A DNA stretch of 62,899 nt, filler included, from Stramenopiles sp. TOSAG23-3 (GCA_900128585.1; 24 parts of 24 records of this genome joined end to end with filler, not necessarily neighbours in it), one strand, 5' to 3'; positions 22,756-35,165 are shown, counted from the whole stretch's first letter. Numbers and translations: made by a program. The notes: generated from the letters alone by a model not told the origin.

Positions 22756-24285
22756 TACAATTATTACCTAATAGTCAGAATGGCAAAATTTTATCGAAAT
22801 ATAGAGATTCCAAGCATTCTCATCGACACAGCATCCTGGCTTACAATCTCTACTGAGCGGCTCTTCCCATTTTATCGACAAATATAGGTGTAAATTAATT
22901 ATATATTAAAGGCCCTGCCAGGCGTGTCCCGAAGGTTATTTAACTTAAAACATATTACCCTAATATATAACCCTAAATTTTTAAGAAGAAAGCTACTCTT
23001 GAAGTACGTGAATATGATACTTTAAAAACAAGAAAATTGGCTGTATTTTGAGTAATTAAAATTTAGCTTCCCTCATATCTCATATACCGTCATTGTACTG
23101 CGAACTGATCTCTATTGCTGTGATTTTAGTAATCAATAAAACCCTTGTACTTTCCATGCGATACGATAACATCAAGCATTCAAAAACGAAATATATCTTT
23201 TACTATTTTAAATATGACAGTCTTAAAATCATACTACATAAAAAAACAAATGATATATTGTAGTAATGTTTTAAAACTCTCATTTTGTATATCAATTACT
23301 ATTTCAGTTCCAACCCTAATCCTATCTTTATGGTTTAACTTGATTTTTAAACTCAGGAGCTTTTGAATGCGCTTTGAGCATTCACTTTCAGAGTACAGAG
23401 GAATAGCACTATATATTTTGACATGGAAATACAATAGTTCATGGTAGAATAATTACTACATAAAAAGTATATGAATGTTACTCATATTAAATGATGCCAA
23501 TATGATGCCAGTATTTAGACTATAATGTGTGTGACCGTGTTACGATAATGGAGTTGACAGAAGTGACTTAAGGAACAACGTGACATTTCAGGGCCTAAGC
23601 CTACATGTTGCAATANNNNNNNNNNNNNNNNNNNNNNNNNNNNNNNNNNNNNNNNNNNNTTAATTAATTAANNNNNNNNNNNNNNNNNNNNNNNNNNNNN
23701 NNNNNNNNNNNNNNNAATTTTGTATTGCTTTTGAATTAATTAAAACAATAATTGAGATTTTTAGATGTACAGAAAGATCGGCAGTGGATGGAGTTGAGGA
23801 GACGAGAGGAAGAAGGAAAAAGGAAAATGAGGATAATAATAATATATAAAATATAATAAAATACTACGACGACGATGATGAATAAATTCGATTTTTTCAT
23901 CCCAGTACCGGGTACCTGGTATTACCTGTACTAACTCCTAGTGGTGCGTGGGTCAAAGTAGTAGGTAGGATGAACTTCAAAGTTGGGCATCAATGGCTTT
24001 CTCTTTTTTTCTACTTAGATTTAGTTATTTATACTTTTACATTCATATTATATTCTAAACTAATTCTTATCTATCTAAATATACATATGATATACTAAAA
24101 AGAAGTATTGTTTACGTTCTATCCTGTTTGTTAGCTCTTATAATTAATCATTTGTATTGATTCTTTAAATTCATACTTAATGGTATACTTTTATATAGGT
24201 AAATATATTATTATTAATTTTTTTTGAATTTAAAAAATAATTAATTTAAAACACCAAGGGAAATCAAAGCAAAGGGAAATCTAAC

Positions 24286-24336
<51 letters not shown>

Positions 24337-24566
24337 TCGACTCTTTCTTTCTTCCTTTCTTTCTTTATAAAATAGGGAATTCATAACGTTTTAATAAACA
24401 TGATGTATTGATTCATTTATTCAAAAAGAAGAAACACAAATTTAGTCGTGCTCCCTGTCGTCAAGGATAAGATATTCTGTTGCATTGGTCGTGCTTGCTG
24501 TAAGCATTTCTTGGACTTAAAAAAATCGCCGTTCCTGCCGCTGGTACACAACTTCCTGGAGCAAGT

Positions 24567-25853
24567 ATGGCGGGTACGTTAATGGCTATGCCCTGCCTTA
24601 TTATTAACATGGGCGGGGAGATGGTATACATATTGCACCAGCGTTTGGCCGCGCAGTCTATTCCCAAAGACAAGAGTCACAAAGTGCTTCACGACGTCCT
24701 TAAGACCATGTACAATAAGAAGTTCATCACTGCGTTGTTTCAGCCCCAGCCGGTGTACACCAACACTAGCGTTCGGCAAGTGTTTGACCGGCTTGCGCAC
24801 TCGTCCATCATGCGGTTGAACGAAACCAGTATGGACAAGCTGTACGATCTGATGACAATGGGCTACAAGTATCAGCTCTTGACTTGCAACGGACCGGAGC
24901 ACTACGTCCAGATCACCCTGAACCATTTGGACAACGTCCGGGCGATGCTTGTGGAGGAATCCGTGATTGAGCTAGTCGATCAAGCGCAGCGGTTGGTCAT
25001 AGAGCACTACGCCAGCATGACCGCGGGCACTCTGTACCAGCTAAAGCAAACGTTGCTGAAGTTTTTCGATGGGCGAAAGGTGAAGGTGTCCATTTTTCTG
25101 CAAGAGAAGGTTCAAAACATGGACGGGACATTCAAAATACGCACAGGGGGGCCAGTGGTGTCGGGCGGGGAGAAGCCTGGCACGTACCGAGAGTACAGCA
25201 GTAGTGGGCGGGTGGTCAACACTACGCCCTTAAAGCAGTTGTCCTACTACGGGGAAAACTGCACCGAATCCTCGAACGGGGACCACATTAGCGACCGGGT
25301 GTGCAATTTAGGAAACAACATGTACGCCAACGAGAAAGATCCGAACCTGGAACCTTACAAAGGGGGTACTAAAAGGAAAGCCGCTTCCACCAGTGCGCAG
25401 CGGACCAACCGGGAAGTCAGCGAAGCCCCAAAGAAGAAGCAGGCCTCGTACAACGACGGCGCAGTGAAAATCACCCCGACGAAGCATACCTCGGGCCGTG
25501 CAGAGTTGAATTTGCTCGCGAATCTGCTTGGGTCTGCGGTGAAAGAAACGGAGGGCAAGTCGTCCGACGATTCTGGGAGCGGCTCGAAACCTTACTCGAT
25601 CAATTTGTTTCTGGGGGATGACCTATTTGGTGCAAATACTGGCAATGGTCGTGGAACTGAACGCGAATCTCAGCGTGTACATATTGACGCGAAAGCAACT
25701 CGAAAGTCGGCAAGGCAACAGATGCAAGACTTGGGGTTTGGTTCCGACAGTGAAGATTCTGGAAGGGACAAGAGCGACGGGGGGGGCAAGTACGGTGATG
25801 ATGACAGCGACGACGATTTATTGGGGTTGATGGACGAGGCCAGCAAGAAGTAA
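24567..25853 (+). CDS. OSCP1: Organic solute carrier partner 1 homologue
   Basis: MPCLIINMGGEMVYILHQRL..FDRLAHSSIMRLNETSMDKLYDLMTMGYKYQ..VKVSIFLQEKVQN..LGNNMY. Confidence 0.93.
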   Translation: MAGTLMAMPCLIINMGGEMVYILHQRLAAQSIPKDKSHKVLHDVLKTMYNKKFITALFQPQPVYTNTSVRQVFDRLAHSSIMRLNETSMDKLYDLMTMGYKYQLLTCNGPEHYVQITLNHLDNVRAMLVEESVIELVDQAQRLVIEHYASMTAGTLYQLKQTLLKFFDGRKVKVSIFLQEKVQNMDGTFKIRTGGPVVSGGEKPGTYREYSSSGRVVNTTPLKQLSYYGENCTESSNGDHISDRVCNLGNNMYANEKDPNLEPYKGGTKRKAASTSAQRTNREVSEAPKKKQASYNDGAVKITPTKHTSGRAELNLLANLLGSAVKETEGKSSDDSGSGSKPYSINLFLGDDLFGANTGNGRGTERESQRVHIDAKATRKSARQQMQDLGFGSDSEDSGRDKSDGGGKYGDDDSDDDLLGLMDEASKK

Positions 25854-25949
25854 ACCGATAATGATGCACACTGTAGACCGAATAAAATGTTTTTCAAGTA
25901 ATGCCGGGTGCAGTGTGGTGAGAACTCTCTTGGTGGCGGTGTTAACAAA

Positions 25950-26170
25950 AATAAACTTATTCTCATCATATCGCGAAAATGACTCTGCTCCTTTTGTCCA
26001 TTAAAGGTTTACATTCATCTCATCATATCTCCTCAGATTAAAAAAAAAATCGTATGTAAGGGACAAAAGGAGCATATTCATTTTCGCGGTACATGAAGAC
26101 GATAAATTTTAGTTGCTATAAAAATAACAGCCAATTTTTTGTTTTTAAATAACAGCCAATTTTTCGTTTT
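25950..26170. repeat. Two inverted copies of the dispersed repeat module plus AAATAACAGCCAATTTT units
   Basis: 25950-26013 (minus) and 26056-26110 (plus) both match 6295-6360. Confidence 0.8.
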
Positions 26171-26344
26171 TAAGTGGAGCATACTTCTCGTATTAACTTT
26201 TGTTACAAACACAATCCCATCACACTTTGCGACCCCCCCCCCCCNNNNNNNNNNNNNNNNNNNNNNNNNNNNNNNNNNNNNNNNNNNNTTAATTAATTAA
26301 NNNNNNNNNNNNNNNNNNNNNNNNNNNNNNNNNNNNNNNNNNNN

Positions 26345-26688
26345 CGGACGATTTGGAGTCGGGGGGGTACCGGGGCAGGGGGGTGGTTCGGCGGCGGACG
26401 AAGGGCATCGCGTCCGCCCTGGCGCCGTTGACGCCGATGATGGCGAAGAACCGGAGCGTTCGGCGAGCGATCGACAAGGTCGACCGTTGGAGCTTGGAGA
26501 CCGGCGCTGTCCTGCGGCAGTTCCCCCTTGCCCGGCTCGTCTTTGTCGTCTACCTGGTGACCCTGCACCTTTGGGTTCTATTTTTGCTCGGTAGAAATTC
26601 CCACAACATGAACCACAATGAACACGCCAGCAACGGCGCGTTGAACGGTGCCATGCCCATGGACCCAGGACCGCCCGTACCGATATGA
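26345..26688 (+). CDS. Golgin-84/GOLGA5-like C-terminal TM segment (5'-truncated)
   Basis: AIDKVDRWSLETGAVLRQFPLARLVFVVYLVTLHLWVLFLL, including the conserved TM Tyr and His. Confidence 0.8.
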
Positions 26689-27259
26689 GTAAAAGATCAG
26701 AAGTACGTGTGTAATAGTACCAAGTAGACGAGTAAAATATAAAAATAATAACTTTTGTTTTTTATAAATAAGATCGTGTCTTCTTCCATAAAAATATGGT
26801 TATAATAATATATTCCCTATCATATATCCGTATAATAAATAGATACATAAGTACAAATAGTAAAATGAATCTGTGGTTGGTTCGTTGGTTGGTTATTATA
26901 TTTAAATGAGATGTATCCCTTGTATCATATATAAATAATATGATATCTTATTATAATACCAAAAGTCTAAAAAATAACAACAAATATTATATAAAACAAG
27001 AAAATTGGCTCTGTTGGTTATTTATAAAAAGTTTAATTAAAATTAATGCACTGCGAACTGAACTCTAGATAAAAGCCAATTGTTTGTTTTTAAATATTTA
27101 ATACTTATATTAACGGAATTTTCTAAAAAGAATCTTACTTCCTAACATAAAAAATAACAGCCAATTTTTCTTGTTTTACTTCCTAACAACTGTTCGTTTT
27201 ACATTCTCTTGCCCCTCTATCGTCTTGTGCGCGCGTCCCGTCGCCCTCGCTTTTCGATC

Positions 27260-28537
27260 TCACTCCTCTTGCTCCGCCATACTCTTTCGCCTGGCCTTTA
27301 TCCTGTCCTTGGTGGCGAAGCTTCCCCCGGGGGCGTGCATGCTCATGCCCTTGTCGTAGGGCAAGAAGGCAGCCTCCTTCAAAATGCTCTTCGGGACCCC
27401 GCCCGACATCATGTGAACGCGCGCAATGTCCTTGTCCGACACGCCCCCCCATGCCCCCGCACCGCGCCCCTTCCCCGCCGCCGTGCGGTCGGTCTTCACG
27501 TTTGCCAGGTGGTCGCGCACGAAATGGCCGGTCTGCTCCGCGGACAAGCGGTTCATGGGAAAGGCGTGCCGGGTCACGTCCAGGCGCTCGCCGTGGACGC
27601 CGCGGGCGTTCCCGTACTTGCTCGTGGACGCGGCGACCACGAAGCCGTTCGCCAGCCGGGCCGTTTCGTTCAGGCCAAGGGCAGAAAAATTTTGGAACAC
27701 GCGCGGGAAGACGAGGTTGCTGGGCCAGAGGTCGACGCCCTCGAAGCCGTACGCGGTCTTGGTGTACAGCGCTTCGAGGTCGTCGACGGCGACGAGGGTC
27801 GGGACCTCCGTGGCCAGCTTCATCTCCTCCCGTACGTCGCGCACCACCACCCCGCAGTCCGTTGCCTTGCGGATGCCATGCTCCACCAGGTCCAGCATGG
27901 TCTCGCCCCGCTCCTTCGCCCCGTCCGTCTTGCAGACGACCTTCCGGAGCTGCTCTTGGTGCAAAATGTAGAAATTTTTCAAAAACGGAAGCACCAGCTC
28001 CGGCTGGTCGTACAAGTTCCGGTCCTCGTGCCGGCCCGGCCGCACCTGGATCCCCTCGTGCGTGAAGGTCCGGGGGTCCGGAAGGTACAGGGTCAGCCAC
28101 CCGGCCGCGCGGCACGCGCTGACCACCATCTCGAGCACGGTGGTCTTCCCGATGCCCGCCGGCCCGGTCAGGACGACCGCGCCCGTGTCCAGCACGTCCC
28201 GAACCTTTGGGTCTTCGTCCCCAGTCCCCGCCGGCCGGTCGCCGCCGACGCGCCTCTCCATCCCGTGCAGGAGCGGGGCGACCTCGGGCGGCACAAGGAC
28301 GCGCACCGCCTGGTCCCCCGCGTCGCTGTCCCCGCCCTTTTCCTGCTTGAACGGGACGGTGTGGCGGTCAGTGTTCCCGGTCACGTAGAACGCCCCAGGG
28401 TTGACCAGTGTCAAGAGCGTGGGCCGCGCCCCCTCCCCCTCCCCGCCCTCGCCTTCCGCGCTGAAGAGCGCCGCGCGCGCGCGTGCCACCGCCGCCGGCC
28501 GAACGGCGCGCCTCGCGGCAGCGTGAACGAGCAACAT
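27260..28537 (-). CDS. DAP3: Mitochondrial ribosomal protein mS29/DAP3
   Basis: Arg/Ala-rich presequence; P-loop LTGPAGIGKT; GWLTLYLP; LYDQP; VPTLVAVDD; MSGGVP. Confidence 0.88.
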   Translation of the reverse strand: MLLVHAAARRAVRPAAVARARAALFSAEGEGGEGEGARPTLLTLVNPGAFYVTGNTDRHTVPFKQEKGGDSDAGDQAVRVLVPPEVAPLLHGMERRVGGDRPAGTGDEDPKVRDVLDTGAVVLTGPAGIGKTTVLEMVVSACRAAGWLTLYLPDPRTFTHEGIQVRPGRHEDRNLYDQPELVLPFLKNFYILHQEQLRKVVCKTDGAKERGETMLDLVEHGIRKATDCGVVVRDVREEMKLATEVPTLVAVDDLEALYTKTAYGFEGVDLWPSNLVFPRVFQNFSALGLNETARLANGFVVAASTSKYGNARGVHGERLDVTRHAFPMNRLSAEQTGHFVRDHLANVKTDRTAAGKGRGAGAWGGVSDKDIARVHMMSGGVPKSILKEAAFLPYDKGMSMHAPGGSFATKDRIKARRKSMAEQEE

Positions 28538-28800
28538 CCTTTTCAATGAATGAACTAAACACTAGTGAACACACCGTTCTGTAATGATACGATGGTGGTG
28601 ATGATGATGATGATGATGCAGCTGTTAAAGTGACGTTGTCGTATTGTGTTTTGTTTTTTGTTGTTTATGGGATTTGTTGTAAATGTATAAAACGTTGATG
28701 ATGAGTTTGTATTTCTTTGTGTTATGTTATTTTATATTATTATTATATATATTTTTGATGAATAATAATAATAATAAATATTATATTATTAAATATAGAA

Positions 28801-28873
<73 letters not shown>

Positions 28874-28986
28874 NNNNNNNNNNNNNNNNNNNNNNNNNNN
28901 NNNNNNNNNNNNNNNNNTTAATTAATTAANNNNNNNNNNNNNNNNNNNNNNNNNNNNNNNNNNNNNNNNNNNNTATCGTTTGATAT

Positions 28987-29582
28987 CATAAAAACTGTAC
29001 ATAATATATTTTGAAGAATGGAATTTTTAAGTACAAGGATTCTTTTTTTTTTTAAATTTCCCTCTCCTCGCGCCATATAATATTATTTGTTTTTTGTCTA
29101 ATATTACAATATACACATATATATTTTAGAATAATAGATATCATATTTCTTCTTCTTCTTTTTTTAAAACTAAAAACCCATCCAATCCAATCCAATCCAA
29201 TCCAATCCAATCCAATCCAATCCAATCCAATCCAATCCAATCCAATCCAATCCAATCCTTCATTTTATCAAATAATAAATTTTGTACTTATTTCTTCCAT
29301 ATTTTTTATTTAAATCATAATCATCTATAAAATAAATACAATATATTATATAAATAGCATTGTATTGTATTTCTATGGTATTTCTTCTTCTTCGTGGGAA
29401 TAATAAGGAAGGACAATGAAATCATCTGAAGAAGTCTGAGAAAGAAAGAAGAAATCTTCTTAAAAAATTAAAAAAAAAGTGGGGGAGAGCTATTTATATA
29501 TTAACTAACTATTATATAATAAAATACATGGAATAACATTAACAAAATCATCAAGAAAAGAAGAAGTCAGTTCGTCAGTATG
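28987..29582 (+). repeat. Diverged duplicate of non-coding 31130-31502, with an extra ~236 bp containing (TCCAA)n
   Basis: Alignment by eye; both copies end at GTTCGTCAGTATG before a gap. Confidence 0.9.
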
Positions 29583-29768
29583 NNNNNNNNNNNNNNNNNN
29601 NNNNNNNNNNNNNNNNNNNNNNNNNNNNNNNNNNNNNNNNNNNNNNNNNNNNNNNNNNNNNNNNNNNNNNNNNNNNNNNNNNNNNNNNNNNNNNNNNNNN
29701 NNNNNNNNNNNNNNNNNNNNNNNNNNNNNNNNNNNNNNNNNNNNNNNNNNNNNNNTCGGGCTGACTTC

Positions 29769-30971
29769 TTACACTAGTAAGTGCTCCTGTTCATCGGAGG
29801 GGAAAGGAACGGTATCACAGAACGATGGCATGCCGGATGGGCTTTCCGCAGCTGCGCATGGGGCGTCGCACGACGGCATGAATAAATCTTTGCAGAACGG
29901 TATCTTGTTCACACACCCCTTTTCCCACGTCTTCTCATCGCAGCCAGTAGGGCGCAGAACCAGATGCACCACGGCAACTACCAAGAAGAATACGCCAAAT
30001 ATCCCCTTGCACCCAGCCACACCCATTCGTACACTTCGCGGTATTTTCTCATCTTGCTCTTTTGCCATGGCAAGTATTTCTACTTGTTCAAAGTAACTTT
30101 CTTGGCGCCTGTATATTTTTTTGCAGTGCTCGCGCCGATGTCTCATGACATGTAAGGCAGAACGATGATTCACAACTTCCATTAATACATCATCCAATTT
30201 TAGCATCATTAAACTTGCGGGCAACAGTGTGAGGGATAGCATTTCGTTTGTAGATATTGGTATTCGATATTCAAACCACATAACCGAGAGAGGAATTGCC
30301 GTACACAAAAAATCTGCCATCATGTCGGTCTTTATCTGCCGGTTTCGTCGCGAAGGAATGTTTCTATGCGTCATGGTCCACACTGCATGAACGCTATCAA
30401 AAAAGAGCCCAATGCATATCGCAGCGGACCAAGTCACGGGAAGCACGCATAAATAAAGTGTTGTCAGGTTCCAGAACTGCATTAAACTCTCAAATAATTC
30501 GGACAGATACAATTTCCACAAAAACCATGGCCCATCCACTTGTGTGGTCTTGTACATGTTATAAGTCTTTTGGGCACATTGCATGCTTGCTAGTTTTCGT
30601 CTTTTCTTGGTTAATTTCTTTTTCTTCGGTGCTATAGCTTGTTGCCGCGCTGTAAATTCAGCGGCCATCTTCTTCCATACCAGCAAAAAGTTCAACACCA
30701 TTATTACGAAAAACGAAGCTAATAACAGAAACAGCCACACCCATGGCCGATGCCAGGCGCGAAAAGACTTTGTGTACAAGAAACTGATGTAGACAAAGAG
30801 CCCGGCGGTTCCCAACGAAAACAAGAGCAACATTGCCCCATCCCATCCTACATGGGTACAGAAAGTTATTTTTACACGCACTTGGTGATGTGATTTATCC
30901 ACTGTTGCTGCGGTCTGTACGTTCGTCAATTCTATACCTTTTCGTGTCCCCCGAGTGCCCGAAGTGTCCAT
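29769..30971 (-). CDS. Multi-pass membrane protein with Cys-rich C-terminal segment
   Basis: About 7 hydrophobic segments; GPWFLWKLYLSELFES; GCDEKTWEKGCVNKIPFC. Confidence 0.8.
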   Translation of the reverse strand: MDTSGTRGTRKGIELTNVQTAATVDKSHHQVRVKITFCTHVGWDGAMLLLFSLGTAGLFVYISFLYTKSFRAWHRPWVWLFLLLASFFVIMVLNFLLVWKKMAAEFTARQQAIAPKKKKLTKKRRKLASMQCAQKTYNMYKTTQVDGPWFLWKLYLSELFESLMQFWNLTTLYLCVLPVTWSAAICIGLFFDSVHAVWTMTHRNIPSRRNRQIKTDMMADFLCTAIPLSVMWFEYRIPISTNEMLSLTLLPASLMMLKLDDVLMEVVNHRSALHVMRHRREHCKKIYRRQESYFEQVEILAMAKEQDEKIPRSVRMGVAGCKGIFGVFFLVVAVVHLVLRPTGCDEKTWEKGCVNKIPFCKDLFMPSCDAPCAAAESPSGMPSFCDTVPFPSDEQEHLLV

Positions 30972-31654
30972 GCCTATCTGCCTCAGGTTCAGACTTTATT
31001 GTTGTTAATGGTTTAAGTCGCAAGTAGCAAACTTCCAGTGCAAAACAAAAGTCACTCTGATTTTTTCAAAAAATGCTCCTGGGTAATGCACCAAAGACCA
31101 ACAAGACGCTTGTCATGTATTTAATTGAGCATAAAAACTGTACATAATATATTTTTAAGAAAGGAATTTTTAAGTACAAGGATAAATTTTGTTGTACTTA
31201 TTTCCATATTTTTTATTTAAATAATCATAATCTAAAATAAATACAATATATTATATAAATAGCATTGTATTGTATTTCTATGTTATTTCTATGGTATTTC
31301 TTGTTCTTCGTGGGAATAATAAAGGAAGGACAATGAAATCATCTGAAGAAGTCTGAGAAAGAAAGAAGAAATCATCTTAAAAATTAAAAAAAGTGGGGGA
31401 GAGCTATTTATATATTAACTAGGACTAACTATTATATAATAAAATACATGGAATAACATTAACAAAATCATCAAGAAAAGAAGAAGTCAGTTCGTCAGTA
31501 TGNNNNNNNNNNNNNNNNNNNNNNNNNNNNNNNNNNNNNNNNNNNNTTAATTAATTAANNNNNNNNNNNNNNNNNNNNNNNNNNNNNNNNNNNNNNNNNN
31601 NNTTTTTGCCGATCGGTGAGGCTTACCGTTTGATTTTGGCGACGGACGCCCAAG

Positions 31655-33895
31655 TTCAGCAGGTGATAAAAGAGATGGATGATAACGGCGATGGATTAAT
31701 ACAGCCTGATGAACTGTCCAGAGCCATTCACCAAGGCGCCCACAACCCAAAGATTCATGTTCAAAAGAGTAGCCAAATTCCCTCGCACATTGTTCCTCGG
31801 TCCCGCTCTCCGAGTTCCCTACGACGAAGCAGTTCGCCTTCGATTGAGACGACCAGAATGAGCGATCGAAAAAAGGGGTCAGCAAAAAAACCATTGAAGA
31901 AATTTCGCTCTGGCAAAGAAGACGGTTCCCATCGTGGGGGGGGCAGGCCAGCAAATATTTAATGTAGTGCGCATGGCAATAGAACACAAAAAAGAATCGT
32001 ATGGCCATACTATCGAAAACACCCATACTCTTTTTGAAAGTATAGATATGAACGGAGACGGCTTCTTGAGCGAGCTGGAGGTCAAGGACGGGTTGCGTCG
32101 CCTGAATTTAGGGCTATCAAGTAACGAAATTGCCTCACTACTTAAACAAATGCGTTTTACCACAAATAGGGGTGGTGACATTTCTTACGATGAGCTCACG
32201 GAAGCTTTGCATGGCGAGCGAAATTTTAATCCTGGGCGCCCGTCGCCAAAATCAAACGGTAAGCCTCACCGATCGGCAAAAAAGAAACGAAAGAAGAAGA
32301 GGAAGCAAACCCTGAACGGTGTTCGCCCCGACCTCGCCGCGTGGAGCACGGAAGTACTGGACCAAGAGTATTTGCGTGTTGAGAACTTGCGCAAAAGGTA
32401 CGGTCAGCCTGCTCCTCGACCCCCCGCCCCGGAGGACGAGACTTTGAATGACGTCGACGATCCCCCCAACATTTCGAAATTGAAGGAAGAAATTACGAGC
32501 ATAATGAACGATCTGGAGGGAACTGCCTTGCGGGAGAGCCAAAGTGGTGACAATGCTGCGAATGCACAAGGTAAGGATGTAGACAATGGAGCCAAACCGT
32601 TGGCCAAGGAAGACATGGGCGAAGAAGATATGAGTACGTCCCTCTCCGAAGTCCCGCCGCGGCACCCGTACAACAGCCTTCCGGAAACGTCTGCGTCGCC
32701 TGTCGGTCCGGGAGCCTCCGGGCTTATCCTTCCGGCTACAGGGGAGAACCTTTTTGATCTCTTGAAGGACGAAAAGTCTCTGAACGGTCGCCTTCAAAAG
32801 CGATTTACCGAAATCCAACACGAACTGCTGCAGCGATCGACTTCGTACGAAGTGGAGCTAGACAACAACAAGATTGAAATTATATCGCTGAAAAGTAAGG
32901 TCCGTCGACTGGAAAAGGAGTCGAAATATCCCGAGCTGTTCGAAGAGTATGAAAAACAAATATCTTCCCTAACGTCTCAACTAAAGGAAATGCAGCAGCG
33001 GTGTGCAGATGCTGAGGCAGCCCAAGAATTATCAACGGCGGCGCTGCTCACGAGCCAAGCGGAGTCGCCCGATAGAACCCAAGGAAGTGCTGCCCCCAAC
33101 ATTGCCGCTCTCAAACGTGAAATCACTTCGCTGAAACGGCATGCTGATAAGGCCCAAAAGCAGGAGAGCGAGATGCTTGCCTACAAAGAAGACTTTGAAA
33201 ATGCGAAACAGAAGATACGCCTGATGGGGGTCAAAGTTTTGGACTTTGAACGCCACATGGAAAAAGTTAGCCAAGAGCGCGATGACCTTTTCGGAAAGGC
33301 GGCGGATCTAGAAGGCGAGAATACGGCCCTGAAAGAGAGCCAAGACATATTGTTGAAGGACAAGGAAGACATGGAAAAAGAGATCCATGCCATGCGCTTG
33401 TACGTCTCCGACGTAGACAAGGAGAAGCGACGGGACGACTTGTTGGCCCGTTTTGTGCGAAAGCATACTGCTGAGATGGCCCCCCCGCCTCCGAAAGAGC
33501 TAAAAAATATTCAGGGCAGCGTGTCCGATGCGCTGCTTGCCTTGAAGCGCCAACTAAACTCTGGCTTGCCCCGCGCAATGCCAACGTTGACGCGGCTGGA
33601 GCGCGAAACCGACAACCTGTTCACGGAGATTGACAGGATTCGCATCCGCGAGCAAGACACTCTAGACGCTCTTCAAAGTGTTGTTGAAGAAAGTGACTCT
33701 GTGGCAACTGGGAAAAGGGGGAGCGGTGGGGACGTTGGCGGTGGGAGGGAGACCCGAGAAAAGCTGTCTCAGTCCCGATCAGGGCGTGCACGGCCTCCAG
33801 TAGTAATTCCCGTGAACGGTCAAACTTCTCGAAGCCGCTCCGAACTTGAATCCGTGCACAACGACATGATGAAGGATATGATCGGTAACATGTAA
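31655..33895 (+). CDS. EF-hand + long coiled-coil protein (5'-truncated; frameshift at G-run ~31936-31943)
   Basis: EF loops DDNGDGLIQPDE and DMNGDGFLSELE; the two ORFs join if one G is removed. Confidence 0.85.
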
Positions 33896-34229
33896 CAGAG
33901 TAAAACGTGGAAACGCGTCCTAAGTAGTGTAGAATTACTGTTAGCCTAAGATTTTAGCTTAGAAATATGCCAGAGTGTGTATATAATTTCAAAGCACACA
34001 CGTTGCGTACATACACAATTGCAAGAGAGAGTAAAAACCGTGCGTGCGACGACCTCCCCTACACCACTGGCTGCTGCCCTTGTCATATGCAGAAAATATG
34101 TTGTGCACCCGAATCGGTGCACGAAAAAANNNNNNNNNNNNNNNNNNNNNNNNNNNNNNNNNNNNNNNNNNNNTTAATTAATTAANNNNNNNNNNNNNNN
34201 NNNNNNNNNNNNNNNNNNNNNNNNNNNNN

Positions 34230-35024
34230 ATGTATTTTACGTGGGAAAATGACGAGAAGCAGTTGAAGATGACGGGCATGGCACCAAACAGCTCCGAGCC
34301 CGATGTACTGTCTGTGAAGGACGATGAAAGGGAGGAGGACGAAGATGAAAACCAAGTCAGCCAACCGTTCGCACCAAAAATTTTTCAGGGAACCCATTAC
34401 AATGCACACAAGCAGACCGAGGCAGAGATCAGCACGATGGGCAATTGGAAAACATTGGCTAGAGTGCAAGATTTTTCAGAGTGGAAGTCGATAGCTATAC
34501 GCATATTGCACAACTACTCAAACCGAGTGGCCGGGTCTCGTGTGCGCCTTTTTGATAATTATGTTAGTTGGGATTTTAGATTGTCGGACCCAGAGTGGGC
34601 TAAAATAAACGCCAATCATTTGCACGAAGAGCTGAGAGAGGCTTTGGTCGACTATGACGTTCAAATACAAGTTTGGAAAGGTTCCGTCAATATAATTCCG
34701 TCAGGAATGCACAAGGGGAATGCAGTCGAATATATCTTGAAACGTGTCCACAGTGCGTACGGCCGGCGACCAGGCACTGTCTGCTGTTTTGGGGACGACG
34801 CCGCCGACGAGTCAATGTTTGAAGTTGTGCAAGATTACGCAAGTGAAAAAATGAGGCCCAACGCTTTGCCAAGCGAAAAGATCAAGGCCGCTTTCACCTG
34901 CATTGTCGGGAAAAATGCCAGCAAAGCCGACTTTTTCGTAAACGGCGTCGACGATGTGAAAGCATTGCTGGAGGAGATGTGCCGGGCCAGTGGTTTGAAC
35001 CCTGAATCCGCGAAGGCGTACTGA
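34230..35024 (+). CDS. C-terminal trehalose-phosphatase (HAD) domain of a TPS/TPP protein, 5'-truncated
   Basis: EWKSIA..Y..RVAGS; VSWDFRLSDPEW; IPSGMHKGNAV; CFGDDAADESMF; FTCIVGKNASKADFFV. Confidence 0.88.
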   Translation: MYFTWENDEKQLKMTGMAPNSSEPDVLSVKDDEREEDEDENQVSQPFAPKIFQGTHYNAHKQTEAEISTMGNWKTLARVQDFSEWKSIAIRILHNYSNRVAGSRVRLFDNYVSWDFRLSDPEWAKINANHLHEELREALVDYDVQIQVWKGSVNIIPSGMHKGNAVEYILKRVHSAYGRRPGTVCCFGDDAADESMFEVVQDYASEKMRPNALPSEKIKAAFTCIVGKNASKADFFVNGVDDVKALLEEMCRASGLNPESAKAY

Positions 35025-35165
35025 ACGCCAGAGAGAGTGTGCGAAGTATAATCTAGTGAGCGTACGAGTATAATTAATTCTTACAATTTATCCAACATAA
35101 AAAATGTACTTAGTAAGAATTAGGCTGAAGAAATAGAAGAAAATATACGATTTTAAAATTTTTCT

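Noticed and set aside
27183..28549. Long overlapping/antisense ORFs (446, 310, 204 aa) over DAP3; similar ones at 14-16.9 kb and 42.5-44 kb
   Set aside because: Shadow ORFs expected in GC-rich coding DNA; no recognisable motifs
29756..29875. C-terminus of the membrane gene looks discontinuous next to the scaffold gap
   Set aside because: Could be a chimera, but no source sequence is visible in the window, so it cannot be supported
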